Notes: generated from the letters alone by a model not told the origin. Numbered from the stretch's first letter, positions 1 to 10,554 are shown. The stretch: DNA of 64,000 bases from a bacterium (GCA_965221165.1 CBDCRP010000003.1:1504001-1568000), one strand, 5' to 3'. Program-made: numbers and translations.

Positions 1-1646
1 ATTTGCTCGAGACGCGCTTCCAGTTCCTTGCCCATGTTCCGTAAAAATTCCCGATCCAGCCGGATACCCGCGCGCTCCATATCGAGCAGGACGCGCAAGA
101 GCGGAATTTCCAGTTCCCCGAAAAGATTCATCAGCCCGTCGTTTTCAAGTTGCGGGGCCATCTTCTCGGCAAGGCGGTACGTGATATCCGCATCCTGGCA
201 GGCGTAGGGGGCCGCCGCCTCGATAGGCACGTGGGAGAAGAGAATCTCCTTGGCGCCCTTGCCGCAAAGGTCGGCGTATTTGATCGTCGTTACCCCGAAA
301 TACTCTTGCGCCAGATGGTCCATCCCGTGGCTCCTGCGGCTTGAAAGCAGGAGGTAGGAGGCGAGCATGGTGTCGAACAAGGGGCCGCGAACCTCGCGGC
401 CGGCCTCTTTGAGCACCGCGATGTCGTATTTGACGTTCTGGCCGATTTTTTCGTTTTCAGGCGATTCCAGGAGCGGAGAGACCTCGGCGAGCACGTCTTC
501 GAGCGCAAGCTGGGGGCCTGAATCCATCGTTTCATGCCCCACGGGGACGTAGAACGCGCGCCCCGCACGGGCGGAGAAGCTAAGGCCCACGATTCGCGCC
601 TGCATGGGGTCGAGCGAGGTGGTCTCCAAATCAAACGCGAAGCGCCCCGCTTTTTCGAGTTCTGCCAGCATCGACTTTAGTTCCTCCAAGGTGCGGATGA
701 CGTGGTAGTCGCGCTCCTCCTCCCCGGCCGGGGAGGTCGCCTCCTCGGGCGCGGCTTCTTCCGCCTTGGATTCGCCGTATCCGGGGAGTTGTTCGATGAC
801 GTTCTTGAATTCGAGTTCATCGACGAAGAGTTTCCTGCCCGCCTCGATGTCGGCGTCGCCCAGGCGGCAGGATTCCAGGTCTCCCTCGAGCACGAGGTCG
901 CGCTTGATGGTGCAAAGCGTGCGCGAGAGTTTGGCCAACTCCGCGTTTTCCTCGATGTTCCGGCGCTGCTTGGGGCGTTTTATCTGATCGGTGGATGCGA
1001 GCACCGCATCCAGTCCGCCGAACTCCTGAATCAGGGCGACGGCGGTTTTCTCCCCGATGCCCGGCACGCCCGGAATGTTGTCCGTCGAATCCCCCATGAG
1101 CGCCTGGACCTCCACGAATTTTTCGGGCGGCACGCCCCATTTGGCCTCGATTTCCGCAGGCCCCATCTCCTCGTCCTTCATCGGGTCCCAGATGCGCACG
1201 TTCTCGGTGACAAGCTGGGCGAAATCCTTGTCGGCCGTCACCAGCACGACGTCGTAGCCCTCCGCTTCGGCGCGGGCGGCCAGCGTGCCGACGATGTCGT
1301 CGGCCTCGGCCCCCGCATGGACGAGAAGCGGAACGCGCAACACCTCGATGACGCGGTGCATGTAGGGTATCTGCTCGACCAGGTCTTCCGGCGCGGCGTC
1401 GCGGTTCGCCTTGTAGGCGGGGTAGATGTCGTGGCGAAAGGTGGGTTCCGGCCTGTCGAAGGCGACGGCGACGTATTCGGGCGCGCGGTCGCGAATCACC
1501 TTCAAGAGCATGCGGGCGAAGGCCAGGGTGGCGCCCGTGGGCACGCCCTTCGAGTTCGAGAGCCGCTGGCGCATCATGCCGTAATAGGCTCTGAACATGT
1601 AGCCCGAGCCGTCGATGAGATAGATTTGTTTTTTGTCTTCCGTCAT
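1..1646 (-). CDS. polA: DNA polymerase I, 5' portion (runs off left edge)
   Basis: Manual minus-strand translation from ATG at 1646: MTEDKKQIYLIDGSGYMFRAYYG...EADDIVGTLA...DSTDNIPGVPGIGEKTA (5'-3' exonuclease), then FAFDLETTSLD...GQNVKYD (3'-5' exo domain). Missing from the ORF track because no stop lies in the window. Confidence 0.97.
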   Translation of the reverse strand, partial: MTEDKKQIYLIDGSGYMFRAYYGMMRQRLSNSKGVPTGATLAFARMLLKVIRDRAPEYVAVAFDRPEPTFRHDIYPAYKANRDAAPEDLVEQIPYMHRVIEVLRVPLLVHAGAEADDIVGTLAARAEAEGYDVVLVTADKDFAQLVTENVRIWDPMKDEEMGPAEIEAKWGVPPEKFVEVQALMGDSTDNIPGVPGIGEKTAVALIQEFGGLDAVLASTDQIKRPKQRRNIEENAELAKLSRTLCTIKRDLVLEGDLESCRLGDADIEAGRKLFVDELEFKNVIEQLPGYGESKAEEAAPEEATSPAGEEERDYHVIRTLEELKSMLAELEKAGRFAFDLETTSLDPMQARIVGLSFSARAGRAFYVPVGHETMDSGPQLALEDVLAEVSPLLESPENEKIGQNVKYDIAVLKEAGREVRGPLFDTMLASYLLLSSRRSHGMDHLAQEYFGVTTIKYADLCGKGAKEILFSHVPIEAAAPYACQDADITYRLAEKMAPQLENDGLMNLFGELEIPLLRVLLDMERAGIRLDREFLRNMGKELEARLEQ

Positions 1647-1850
1647 GTCTGATCACGTCAAGAAGGAAACGGGGTGATCCCAAGTTTGCACGGGAACCAT
1701 TTTCCCGCAACTTCGGCCCGCGATTTCAATCACCGCTTCGGCTCTTTTATACAACGCCTCGTAAGAATTGTAATCTCGCGTATCGTATCGCCCCCGCCGC
1801 TCCATTTTCCTTTGAGTGTCCGCCTCGACCGAGGAGGCAGGAATTGATAC

Positions 1851-2112
1851 CGGAATGACGTTTCACGGACGACACCAGCCCGTAGGGGAGAACCTACGCG
1901 TTCTCCCGCTTTCGCTGGAATGACGGTCGTGTAAAGACGGGCGGACACACACGAGCTTCCCCTTTTCGGGAAATCCCGACGCCCGGGCCGCATGTATGCG
2001 GCCCCTACAGTCGGCAGGCTCCTCCTCTTTGGTCGGAACAATCCCTCCCGCATTGGTCGGGATTGACCACACCTCCCGATTCGCCGTCGTGGGACAGGCG
2101 CCGTGGCGTGTC
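1851..2112. repeat. Cluster of REP-like palindromes between divergent polA and arsM
   Basis: GTAG-GGGAGAAC-ctacgc-GTTCTCCC (1882-1907); GGGCCGCAT-gt-ATGCGGCCC-CTAC (1985-2008); partial GGAATGACG copies (1851-1860, 1903-1925). Confidence 0.8.
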
Positions 2113-2180
2113 GGAATCACACCGCGGGCCGATGCGCCGGGACCATCCCAAATGGGTGAAAAAAAACTAAAAAAAGGGAA

Positions 2181-2216
2181 ATATATCTGAAAATATCTGA
2201 AAATAAGTGAAAATTT
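2181..2216. promoter_or_regulatory. Helically phased TGAAAAT direct repeats (3 copies, 10-bp period) upstream of arsM
   Basis: atatatctga aaatatctga aaataagtga aaattt; TGAAAAT at 2188, 2198 and 2208 in an AT-rich patch. Confidence 0.45.
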
Positions 2217-2371
2217 ATCCTTTTGATATATATGGAGTTATGTGGTATTTTCCCCTTTCGGGCGCTATAGGGGGGCTCCGCTTTCCCTCTTTCCCGCGTC
2301 CTTGCTATCCTGTCCGTGTTCGGGGCGTTTGTTCCCGAGGTCATACAGCCATACACAAGGAGTTCTCACCC

Positions 2372-3127
2372 ATGTCTCCAGGATGCCCAGACAATGAGGG
2401 AGAGATAAAAAGCGCCGTTCGCGATCTGTATGCGAAAGTCGCTACGGGGGAGGTTTCCTGCTGCGGGGACGCAATCTCCGAGATGCCCACGGGTGCTGCG
2501 AACGTCGAAACCATCGGTTACGCGAAAGAGGCCGTGGAGCAGCTTCCGGGTGACGTCTTGAGCGCCAACGCGGGATGCGGGAATCCCATTGCGGACGCGC
2601 ATCCCAAACCGGGCGAGACGGTGCTGGATTTGGGCTCGGGCGCAGGGCTGGACTGTTTTCTCGCGGCGAAGGAGGTGGGCCCCCGGGGGAGCGTCATCGG
2701 CCTGGACATGACGGACGCCATGCTGGAAAAAGCGGAGAAAAACAGGCGAAGCCTGGGCGTTCACAACGTGTCGTTTAGAAAGGGCGAGATGGAGAACATG
2801 CCCCTTCAAGACGGCGCGGTCGACATCATCATCAGCAACTGCGTCATCAACCTCTCGCCGGACAAAGCGTCCGTGTTCCGGGAATCTTTTCGCGTGCTGC
2901 GTCCGGGCGGGCGCTTCGTGGTTTCAGACGTCATCCAGGTGGCCGAACCCTCCGGGGACGCCTCTTCCATCGAGGATTGGTGCGCGTGCATCGCGGGCGC
3001 CATCCGAGACGATGAATATGTGACCCAATTGCGGGAAGCCGGTTTCGTCGACGTGGAAATCATAGGCCGTAAGCCCTACGTCTCGCCGGAACTGGTGAGT
3101 GCGACCATCCGGGCCGTCAAGCCCTGA
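2372..3127 (+). CDS. arsM: Arsenite S-adenosylmethionine methyltransferase
   Basis: N-terminal SCC, AGCGNP, VLDLGSGAGLD, ISNCVINL and WCACIAGA motifs; AAGGAG RBS before ATG 2372. Confidence 0.88.
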   Translation: MSPGCPDNEGEIKSAVRDLYAKVATGEVSCCGDAISEMPTGAANVETIGYAKEAVEQLPGDVLSANAGCGNPIADAHPKPGETVLDLGSGAGLDCFLAAKEVGPRGSVIGLDMTDAMLEKAEKNRRSLGVHNVSFRKGEMENMPLQDGAVDIIISNCVINLSPDKASVFRESFRVLRPGGRFVVSDVIQVAEPSGDASSIEDWCACIAGAIRDDEYVTQLREAGFVDVEIIGRKPYVSPELVSATIRAVKP

Positions 3128-3238
3128 AAGGTGAAGCGGTTTTCGATTCTGGAACATGGTCAATGCCTTGCGAAGCTCGATGGAAGCGCCAGAATGGGCG
3201 CGATCTCTCTCTCATTACCCTAAACAGACCCACAGCAC

Positions 3239-3316
3239 CGTCATTCCGGCGGATGCCGGAATCCAGGCGGACGAGAAATTCATCTGCTCCGGATTCCCGC
3301 TTTCGCGGGAATGACG
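3239..3316. repeat. Inverted pair of GTCATTCC.GC..GC.GGAATC palindromic repeats
   Basis: cgtcattccggcggatgccggaatcc ... ggattcccgctttcgcgggaatgacg, head-to-head. Confidence 0.8.
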
Positions 3317-3426
3317 AACAAAAACCGCAGCTCTTCCCTCCACGGGCGGGACTGAGATCATTGACACCCCTCGTTCGCGGGTGCTAACAATCCGGTTTGA
3401 CCTTTCCCATCACGGAGACGAGAAGA

Positions 3427-4410
3427 ATGCACATCGACGCTCACTGCCACATATACCCGGATGAATACTTTGAAATTCTGGAGAAAGAGGGCCCGCGCTA
3501 CGGCGTGAAGCTCATCACCAACGCGCAAGGCGAGCGCGTCGTGGACATCAAGGGCATGATGCACCCGCCCATCGAGCCTTTCACCAACGTGGATTTAAGA
3601 CTCCAGACCATGGCAGAGATGAAGCTGGACATGAACATTCTGTCCTTCTCATCGAACCCGGGCGTCTACTGGGCCGATGACGGCCTTGCCGAGGAACTCT
3701 GCCAGGCGGCGAACGACGCCTACGCCGACATTATCGAGAAACATCCGACCAAATTTCATGGCCTGGCCTCCCTGCCCGCGCAGAACATCCCCCTCTCGGT
3801 GAAGGAACTCGATCGCTCCGTGGGCAAACTGGGACTCAAGGGCGGGTTCCTGAGCACGAACGTGAACGGCCGGTATCTCGATGATGAGAGTTTCTACCCC
3901 CTCTACGAGGCGGCCGCGGGCATGAACGTACCCATCATCGTTCATCCGGCCAACCCGGCGGGCAAAGACCAGATGAAGGAATACCACCTGTTCAATCTGG
4001 TCGGGTTCCCCACGGAGAGCGCGAACAGCATAGGCCGCCTGATTTTCTCAGGCCTTTTCGACAGGCTGCCGGACCTCACCTTCATCTTCTTACACGGCGG
4101 GGGAACAGTTCCCTACCTCATCGGACGTTTCGGCCACGGCTGGAAGGTGCGACCCGAGTGCGAAAAAATATCGCGCCCGCCACTCGAATATCTCCGCTCG
4201 AACTTTTATCTGGACATGCTGGTGTTTCATCCGCCCGTCGTCCGCTTCCTGGTGGACACGATGGGTAGCGAGAGGGTCGTGCTGGGCACGGACCTACCCT
4301 ATGACATGACGGACACCGAGGCGGTCGATACGCTCGAAAAATCAGGGCTGAGCCAGGAGGAATACGAGAACGTCTCGCACAAGAACATCCAGTCCCTGTT
4401 GAACCTGTAA
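3427..4410 (+). CDS. Amidohydrolase-2 family protein (ACMSD/aromatic decarboxylase-like)
   Basis: IDAHCH, IIVHP, LHGGG and LGTD motifs; TTGACA at 3361 upstream. Confidence 0.88.
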   Translation: MHIDAHCHIYPDEYFEILEKEGPRYGVKLITNAQGERVVDIKGMMHPPIEPFTNVDLRLQTMAEMKLDMNILSFSSNPGVYWADDGLAEELCQAANDAYADIIEKHPTKFHGLASLPAQNIPLSVKELDRSVGKLGLKGGFLSTNVNGRYLDDESFYPLYEAAAGMNVPIIVHPANPAGKDQMKEYHLFNLVGFPTESANSIGRLIFSGLFDRLPDLTFIFLHGGGTVPYLIGRFGHGWKVRPECEKISRPPLEYLRSNFYLDMLVFHPPVVRFLVDTMGSERVVLGTDLPYDMTDTEAVDTLEKSGLSQEEYENVSHKNIQSLLNL

Positions 4411-4429
4411 GCGGACGTCATCGAAACCC

Positions 4430-5173
4430 ATGTGGCCATCCTGGGATATCACGTTTCTCATTTTCGCCGCGGCTTTCCTCGAAGGAGCCGCGGGATTCGA
4501 TTTCGGCCTGATGGCGACCCCGGCGCTGGCCTCCCTCATCGGGGTGCGCGATTCCGTGCTCACCCTCTCTTTGCCGAATCTCATCCTGATGGCGATTCGC
4601 GCGATCGGAGGCGGCGTGCCCGCCCCATCGCTCAGACGCCTCATGCCCTTCCTGGGCGCCGGAGCCGCCGGAGCCGCCGTGGGCGCCTTGATCCTCATCT
4701 CCAGTCCGCCCACGTTCCTCAAATGGTCGGTTGGCGTGGTCGTCTTGTTGTTCGCCGCCTACAGCATCTCGCGCCAGAGAATACAACTCGATATGCGCGA
4801 TGAGACCTTTTTCACCTACCTGGCGGGGTTTTTCGCAGGCGGCCTGAGTGGTTTCTCCTACTCGGGCGGACCCGTTAGCATCATGTATCTCGACAGCACG
4901 GGCGCAGGCCGCGCCCGGATGATGCGGCTCATGTACACGAGCGCGCTCGTGTTCGCGAGCGTTCAGGTGGCCATACTGAGCGGCTCAGGCACCCTGAGAG
5001 CCTTTGAATCCGCGCGCTCGGCCGTAGCAATTCTGCCCGCGCTCGCCGGATTTTTACTGGGAAGGCTGCTGCGCGGACGCCTCTCGCCCGCTCTGGGCTT
5101 CACGATTGGTCTGGGGCTGATGATAGCCGCAGCACTTTCTCTTTTGATTTTCGGGCCTTCGGGGTGGGAGTGA
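4430..5173 (+). CDS. TauE/SafE family sulfite exporter
   Basis: Hydrophobic protein with about 8 TM segments and twin G-rich motifs (GAAGFDFGL; AGGLSGFSYSGGP). Confidence 0.8.
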   Translation: MWPSWDITFLIFAAAFLEGAAGFDFGLMATPALASLIGVRDSVLTLSLPNLILMAIRAIGGGVPAPSLRRLMPFLGAGAAGAAVGALILISSPPTFLKWSVGVVVLLFAAYSISRQRIQLDMRDETFFTYLAGFFAGGLSGFSYSGGPVSIMYLDSTGAGRARMMRLMYTSALVFASVQVAILSGSGTLRAFESARSAVAILPALAGFLLGRLLRGRLSPALGFTIGLGLMIAAALSLLIFGPSGWE

Positions 5174-5238
5174 ATCTCGGGTCGACGCTCTCTAAAAGCC
5201 TAGGTAAACCTGCTGAACGCTTGAGGGCGGGGAAACGT

Positions 5239-6201
5239 CTACACCACGCCTGCGCGCAGGAGTTGGTGTAAGTGCAATACGCCCGCCAAGCGTTTATCCG
5301 CACCTGCGGTAACCGCCAGGGACGTGATGGCGCTCGTCTCCATCAACTGAATCGCCGCGGCGGCCATCTCGTCTTCATCAATCGTCTTGGGCGCAAGCGT
5401 CATCAAATCCTCGGCCTTGAGATTGGGCAATTCCTCGGTATTCTCCAGCGCGCGCCTCAAGTCCCCGTCCGTGATGACGCCGCACAGTTCCTGCTCAGAA
5501 CCCATCACGCACGTCATCCCCAGCCTCTTGGCGCTCATTTCACGCACGACACGCGCCAAGGGAGCCGCCGCCTCCACCTGCGGGATGTCATCGCCCACGG
5601 CCATCAGTTCCTTCACGCGAATGAGCTTCTTCCCCAAAGAACCTCCGGGATGGAACCGCGCGAAATCCTCCGGCCGAAACCCCCTCGCTTCCAGAACGGC
5701 CATCGCAAGCGCATCGCCCATGGCCAAGGCGGCGGTGCTGCTCGCCGTGGGGGCGAGTTGAATCGGGCAGGCTTCTTCTTTCACAAAAATGTTCAACACG
5801 GCTTGCGCCGCGCGCCAGAGCGTTGAATTCTCGGTGCCGCTAATGGCGATGAGCGGCGTGCCCAGGCGGGCGAAGACGGGCAGGATGCGCACCACCTCAT
5901 CCGTCTCGCCGCTGTAGGAAAGCGCGACGACGACGTCGTCTTTCGTCACCATGCCCAAGTCTCCGTGAGCGCCCTCGGCGGGGTGGAGAAAATAGGAGGG
6001 CGTACCCGTGCTCGCGAGGGTGGCGGAAATCTTCTGGCCGATCAGACCGCTTTTCCCCATGCCGGTAACGGCGACCCTGCCCTTACACCCGAGAACGATA
6101 TCGACCGCCTTGATGAATTCCTCATCCAGACGCTCGATGAGTCCCGAAAGCGCCTCGGCTTCAATCTGAAGGGTCCGCACGCCCCTCTCGACGGGATTCA
6201 T
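5239..6201 (-). CDS. kdsD: D-arabinose 5-phosphate isomerase (KpsF/GutQ; SIS + CBS)
   Basis: TGMGKSG, HPAEGAHGDLG, EACP.LAPTAS, FHPGGSLG and CBS pair. Confidence 0.95.
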   Translation of the reverse strand: MNPVERGVRTLQIEAEALSGLIERLDEEFIKAVDIVLGCKGRVAVTGMGKSGLIGQKISATLASTGTPSYFLHPAEGAHGDLGMVTKDDVVVALSYSGETDEVVRILPVFARLGTPLIAISGTENSTLWRAAQAVLNIFVKEEACPIQLAPTASSTAALAMGDALAMAVLEARGFRPEDFARFHPGGSLGKKLIRVKELMAVGDDIPQVEAAAPLARVVREMSAKRLGMTCVMGSEQELCGVITDGDLRRALENTEELPNLKAEDLMTLAPKTIDEDEMAAAAIQLMETSAITSLAVTAGADKRLAGVLHLHQLLRAGVV

Positions 6202-6450
6202 GGAAGATACTGTTTTTTGAGACTTCAGAACCCACCCTCCTCGGAAATGTCTGGCGGAAAAATATCACCTCCGCACCAGAGTGTCCACGCAAGGCTTTTC
6301 AGGGGCGGGCTTGCTCCCGATAACACGCGTCTTTACTCCCACCGCCCCCCATGCTAGAAATTATAGTCAGAACGCATCATGAAAACGAACGTCTTTCGGT
6401 TGGATGGAGCAGACGCACCACCGCACGAGGATTGCAGGAGTTTTCGAGTC

Positions 6451-7200
6451 ATGTCCGGTCATTCCAAGTGGAGTACGATCAAGCGGAAAAAAGGCGCGCT
6501 CGACGCCAAGCGCGGCAAGATTTTCACGAAACTCATCAAGGAAATCACCATCGCGGCCCGGATCGGCGGAGGGGACCCCGACGGCAATCCCCGGCTGCGC
6601 ACGGCCATCCAGACGGCGAAAGGGGCCAACATGCCCCAGGACAACATCGCACGCGCCATCGCCAAGGGAACGGGCGATCTCGAGGGCGTGAATTACGAGG
6701 AATGCGCCTATGAGGGCTACGGCCCCAACGGCGTGGCCATTCTCATCGCTATACTCACCGACAACCGCAACCGTACGGGTGCGGAAGTCCGCCATATATT
6801 GACGAAGAACAACGGCTCCATGGCGGAGCCGAACGCCGTGGCGTGGAATTTTGAGAAAAAGGGCTTATTGCTGGTTCCACAAGAGGCCGTCGACGAGGAA
6901 TCGCTCATGGAACTGGTATTAGAAGCGGGGGCGGAGGACCTGGAACCCGCCGATGACCTGTTCGAAATCCATACCTCGCCCGAAGCGTTCGAGGCCGTGC
7001 GCGAGGCGCTGGAGAAAAACGGGGTCCAGACGGAATCCGCCGAAATCACCATGCTGCCCAAATCGACGGTGAAGCTCGAGGGCAAGGAAGCGGAACAAAT
7101 GCTTCGCCTCATGGAAGCGCTCGAGGACAACGACGACGTGCAGAACGTCTACGCGAATTTCGATATTTCTGAAGAACAGATGGCGCAAGCATCCGCATAA
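6451..7200 (+). CDS. yebC: YebC/PmpR family protein
   Basis: [41 protein letters not shown]. Confidence 0.97.
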   Translation: MSGHSKWSTIKRKKGALDAKRGKIFTKLIKEITIAARIGGGDPDGNPRLRTAIQTAKGANMPQDNIARAIAKGTGDLEGVNYEECAYEGYGPNGVAILIAILTDNRNRTGAEVRHILTKNNGSMAEPNAVAWNFEKKGLLLVPQEAVDEESLMELVLEAGAEDLEPADDLFEIHTSPEAFEAVREALEKNGVQTESAEITMLPKSTVKLEGKEAEQMLRLMEALEDNDDVQNVYANFDISEEQMAQASA

Positions 7201-7231
7201 ACTCTGAACCCACCGCCCGTGGGGTCTTCTT

Positions 7232-7765
7232 TTGCCGCAATCAGGAAACACTTTCCGCGTTCTGGGCATCGACCCCGGTCTGCGCGTGACGGGCTACGCC
7301 GTCTTGCGCCTCGATGAGACGGAATACGAACCGCGCCTGGTGGATGGCGGCGTGCTCAAAAACGATGCGAGCGAACCCATCGAGAAGCGCCTCTATGAGC
7401 TACACAAGGATCTTTCCCACATCATCGAGACGCACGAACCCGACGTCATGGCCGTCGAAAACCTCTACAGCCACTACAAACACCCCCACACCTCCATCAT
7501 CATGGGCCACGCGCGGGGGGTGATCTTCCTCGCCGCATCGCAGGCAGGCGTCGATGTGGTCAGCTACGCGGCCACGGAAATCAAAAAATCACTCGTCGGC
7601 GCCGGACGCGCCACCAAGGCGCAGGTGCAGCTCATGGTCCAGCAACGCATGGGACTGCCCGAGTTGCCCGAACCCGCGGATTTGGCCGACGCCATTGCCG
7701 CGGCGTACTGCCATATCGATCGCAGCTACCTCCGGCGCGACCAGGCGGTCGGGAGAAGCGCATGA
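7232..7765 (+). CDS. ruvC: Holliday junction resolvase RuvC
   Basis: LGIDPG, VE, GHARG, G.G.A.K.QV, D.ADA.A; operon context. Confidence 0.95.
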   Translation: MPQSGNTFRVLGIDPGLRVTGYAVLRLDETEYEPRLVDGGVLKNDASEPIEKRLYELHKDLSHIIETHEPDVMAVENLYSHYKHPHTSIIMGHARGVIFLAASQAGVDVVSYAATEIKKSLVGAGRATKAQVQLMVQQRMGLPELPEPADLADAIAAAYCHIDRSYLRRDQAVGRSA

Positions 7766-8397
7766 TTCGCCAAATCTCGGGAGAGATCATCGACGTTCTG
7801 GCCGAATCCGTCATTCTCAAGACACCCTCGGGCATCGCGTACGAGATACAGGTGGGCGGGTACGCGGTGCATGAACTCCAGGCGCTCATGGGCGCGCGCG
7901 AGGCGGTGGAACTCCACACGCATCATTACCTGGAGGGAAACGTGGCCACGGGCCAGCTTTTGCCCCGTTTGGTGGGTTTCCTCTCGGCGGAAGAAAGGGC
8001 GTTTTTCCTCTCTTTCATCAAAGTGCCCGGCATAAGCCCCAAAAGCGGGGTGCGGGCGATGAGCCTCCCTCCCCTTCAGATCGCAGAAGCCATTGCGGCG
8101 GCGAACACCGTCATGCTCACGAAACTGCCCGGCATCGGCAGGAAAAAAGCCGAACAGGTCATCTCGACGCTCAGAGAAGAAATCGCAGAACTTCAATTGG
8201 CGCGCGATATCGCGCTTACGCCGGTCGAACACAGGGACGCCACGCCCCTGCACGGCGACGTCATGGCCGTGCTGGTGGGCCAGTTGGGCTACCGCACGCC
8301 CGAGGCGGAGAATCTCGTGGAGCGCGCCGTCGCCTCGCTGGGAGCGGACGCGGAGGCCGAAGCCATCCTGGAAGAAGTATTCCGGCTGGGCCGATAG
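7762..8397 (+). CDS. ruvA: Holliday junction branch migration protein RuvA
   Basis: HhH motifs VPGISPK and LPGIGRKKAE; located between ruvC and ruvB. Confidence 0.92.
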   Translation: MIRQISGEIIDVLAESVILKTPSGIAYEIQVGGYAVHELQALMGAREAVELHTHHYLEGNVATGQLLPRLVGFLSAEERAFFLSFIKVPGISPKSGVRAMSLPPLQIAEAIAAANTVMLTKLPGIGRKKAEQVISTLREEIAELQLARDIALTPVEHRDATPLHGDVMAVLVGQLGYRTPEAENLVERAVASLGADAEAEAILEEVFRLGR

Positions 8398-8415
8398 AGA
8401 GGACGGGAGAGAAAC

Positions 8416-9477
8416 ATGGTCATCGAGCGGCGCGTGAGCGCGAAGGCGGCAAATCCGGCGGAGGAGCGAACATTCACCTCGCTCAGACCCACGAAACTCG
8501 AAGAATACGTGGGGCAGACCGATCTCGTGGCCAAGCTGCGGATTGCGCTCGAAGCCTCCCGGAAGAGAAACGAACCCCTGGGCCACATCCTGTTCCACGG
8601 GCCGCCGGGTCTCGGGAAGACCACGCTCTCCCACATCATCTCGGAAGAAATGGGGACGCGCCTCGTGAAAACCTCCGGCCCCTCCCTGTCGAGACCGGCC
8701 GACCTCATGGGAATACTCACGGGCCTCCAGCAGGGCGACGTGCTGTTCATCGACGAGATCCACCGGATGCCCAGTGCGGTGGAAGAATTCCTCTACCCCG
8801 CGATGGAGGACTACCGCGTGGATTTCGTCGTCGACCGGGGTCCCATGGCCCGCACCATCAATTTTCCGCTCAAGATATTCACGGCCGTGGGCGCCACGAC
8901 GCGCCCCGGCGCCCTGACCGCCGCCCTGAGAGAGCGCTTCTATCTCGTCTACCACGTGGATTTCTACTCCGAAGAAGAACTCGAACACATTCTTGTGCGA
9001 AGCGCGGTGCGCCTGGACGTGCCGATGGAAAAAGAGGCGGCTCGCGAACTCGCCCGAAGAAGCAGGGGCACGCCCCGGACGGCGAACCGGCTTCTGCTAT
9101 GGACGCGCGATTTCAGCCAGGCGCGGGGCGACGGCGCCATCGGCCTCTCCACCACGCGCGAGGCGCTCGCCATGGAGGGTGTGGACGAACTGGGCCTCGA
9201 CACGCTGGACAGAAAATATCTAAGAACGATTATCGACCAATACGGCGGCGGCCCCGTGGGCGTGGAGGCTATCGCCGCCACCATGAACGAGGAGTCCGAC
9301 ACCCTGGTGGACATGGTGGAGCCTTTCCTGCTGCGGACGGGTTTCGTGCAGCGAACGCGCGGCGGGCGGCGCGCCACCCCGGCGGCCTATGCGCACTTAG
9401 GCGTCGCGCTGCCCAAAGGCGTCCAGCGAGAGCTTTGGGAGAGTAGTGCCAAGGATGAGGAAACCGATACCGAGTAA
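8416..9477 (+). CDS. ruvB: Holliday junction helicase RuvB
   Basis: LRP..L.EYVGQ, GPPGLGKTT, FIDEIHR, GATT, SRGTPR, GGPVG. Confidence 0.97.
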   Translation: MVIERRVSAKAANPAEERTFTSLRPTKLEEYVGQTDLVAKLRIALEASRKRNEPLGHILFHGPPGLGKTTLSHIISEEMGTRLVKTSGPSLSRPADLMGILTGLQQGDVLFIDEIHRMPSAVEEFLYPAMEDYRVDFVVDRGPMARTINFPLKIFTAVGATTRPGALTAALRERFYLVYHVDFYSEEELEHILVRSAVRLDVPMEKEAARELARRSRGTPRTANRLLLWTRDFSQARGDGAIGLSTTREALAMEGVDELGLDTLDRKYLRTIIDQYGGGPVGVEAIAATMNEESDTLVDMVEPFLLRTGFVQRTRGGRRATPAAYAHLGVALPKGVQRELWESSAKDEETDTE

Positions 9478-9492
9478 GGAGAAATAACCCGG

Positions 9493-9717
9493 ATGGAGCC
9501 TTTCGGCGGTTTTGGAAAAACGCTGATTCTGCTCGGCGCGGCCCTGGTGGTCTTGGGAGTGGTGTTTCTCGCAGCGCCCAAGATTCCGTTTCTGGGAAAA
9601 CTGCCCGGCGATATTCATCTGCGCGGGAAGAACTGGAGTTTCTACTTTCCGGTGGTGACCTGCATCGTCATCAGCGTCGTCCTGACGCTGCTCTTCAATC
9701 TTTTTTCGAGAAAATAA
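9493..9717 (+). CDS. DUF2905 small membrane protein
   Basis: LGKLPGDI...FYFPVVTCIVIS; usual position after ruvB. Confidence 0.88.
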   Translation: MEPFGGFGKTLILLGAALVVLGVVFLAAPKIPFLGKLPGDIHLRGKNWSFYFPVVTCIVISVVLTLLFNLFSRK

Positions 9718-9749
9718 ACCGACCCACAAGGACCCGGCGGCGGCGAGCG

Positions 9750-10514
9750 CTACTTCCAGCCCCCGCCGCCGTTCACGAACACGGTATCCGCCGTCATGAA
9801 CTCACACGCATCCGAACACATGAACAACACCAGTTCGCCGATTTCCTCCGGCGTGCCGAAGCGGCCCATCGGTATCTGACTCCTCATGGACTCCTTGAGC
9901 GCCTCCGAGGAGACGTCGTGAAACGGCGTGTCGACCGGTCCCGGCGATATGGACATGCACCGGATGCCCCTGTCCGCATATTCGCGGCCCACGCCCATGC
10001 TCATCGTCACCACCGCGCCCTTGGCCGCCGCGTAGTGCACCGAGTGGCCCGGGCCTCCGCGCTTGTGCGCCATGCTCCCGATGTTGACGATGACGCCCTT
10101 GCCGTTTTCCAGCATTTCGGGAATCACGGCCTGCATTCCGTAGAAAACGCCCTTGACGTTCAAGTCGAACGTCCTGTCCCACAGGTCGTCGTCGATGCCC
10201 AAAAAATCGGAACGGCGGAGAGCCGCGCCGGCGGAATTGAGCGAAAAATCAACCCGGCCGAACCTCTCCTTCGCGCGCCTCGTCATGGCGAACGCCTCCT
10301 CGCGCGAGGTGACGTCCACCCTCATGTGAACGCCCCGGCCCCCGTTTTCCGTCACGCGCTCGGCTACTTCGGCGGCGCCTTCCTCATCCAGGTCGGCGCA
10401 GAAGACGTTGGCCCCCTCGCGCCCGAAAATGAGGGAAGTCTCCTTGCCTATGCCGCTGGCCGCACCGGTGACGATAATGGTTTTATCCGCATAGTAATCA
10501 GGTGTCTTGGGCAT
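9750..10514 (-). CDS. Short-chain dehydrogenase/reductase
   Basis: TGAASGIG, NSAG, YAAAK, PMGRFG; start placed at MPKTPDY. Confidence 0.9.
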   Translation of the reverse strand: MPKTPDYYADKTIIVTGAASGIGKETSLIFGREGANVFCADLDEEGAAEVAERVTENGGRGVHMRVDVTSREEAFAMTRRAKERFGRVDFSLNSAGAALRRSDFLGIDDDLWDRTFDLNVKGVFYGMQAVIPEMLENGKGVIVNIGSMAHKRGGPGHSVHYAAAKGAVVTMSMGVGREYADRGIRCMSISPGPVDTPFHDVSSEALKESMRSQIPMGRFGTPEEIGELVLFMCSDACEFMTADTVFVNGGGGWK

Positions 10515-10554
10515 CACAAAAACTCCAATAGTCGAGAGGAAACTCCTCCCCGGT

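Noticed and set aside
702-1710. Long ORFs 702-1652 (+) and 817-1710 (-)
   Set aside because: Shadow frames of polA. The same applies to many antisense ORFs in this GC-rich DNA (e.g. 18899-20521, 31508-32926, 54342-56300).
2372-3127. Selenocysteine recoding in arsM
   Set aside because: All conserved Cys positions use Cys codons and the TGA falls at the normal family C-terminus.
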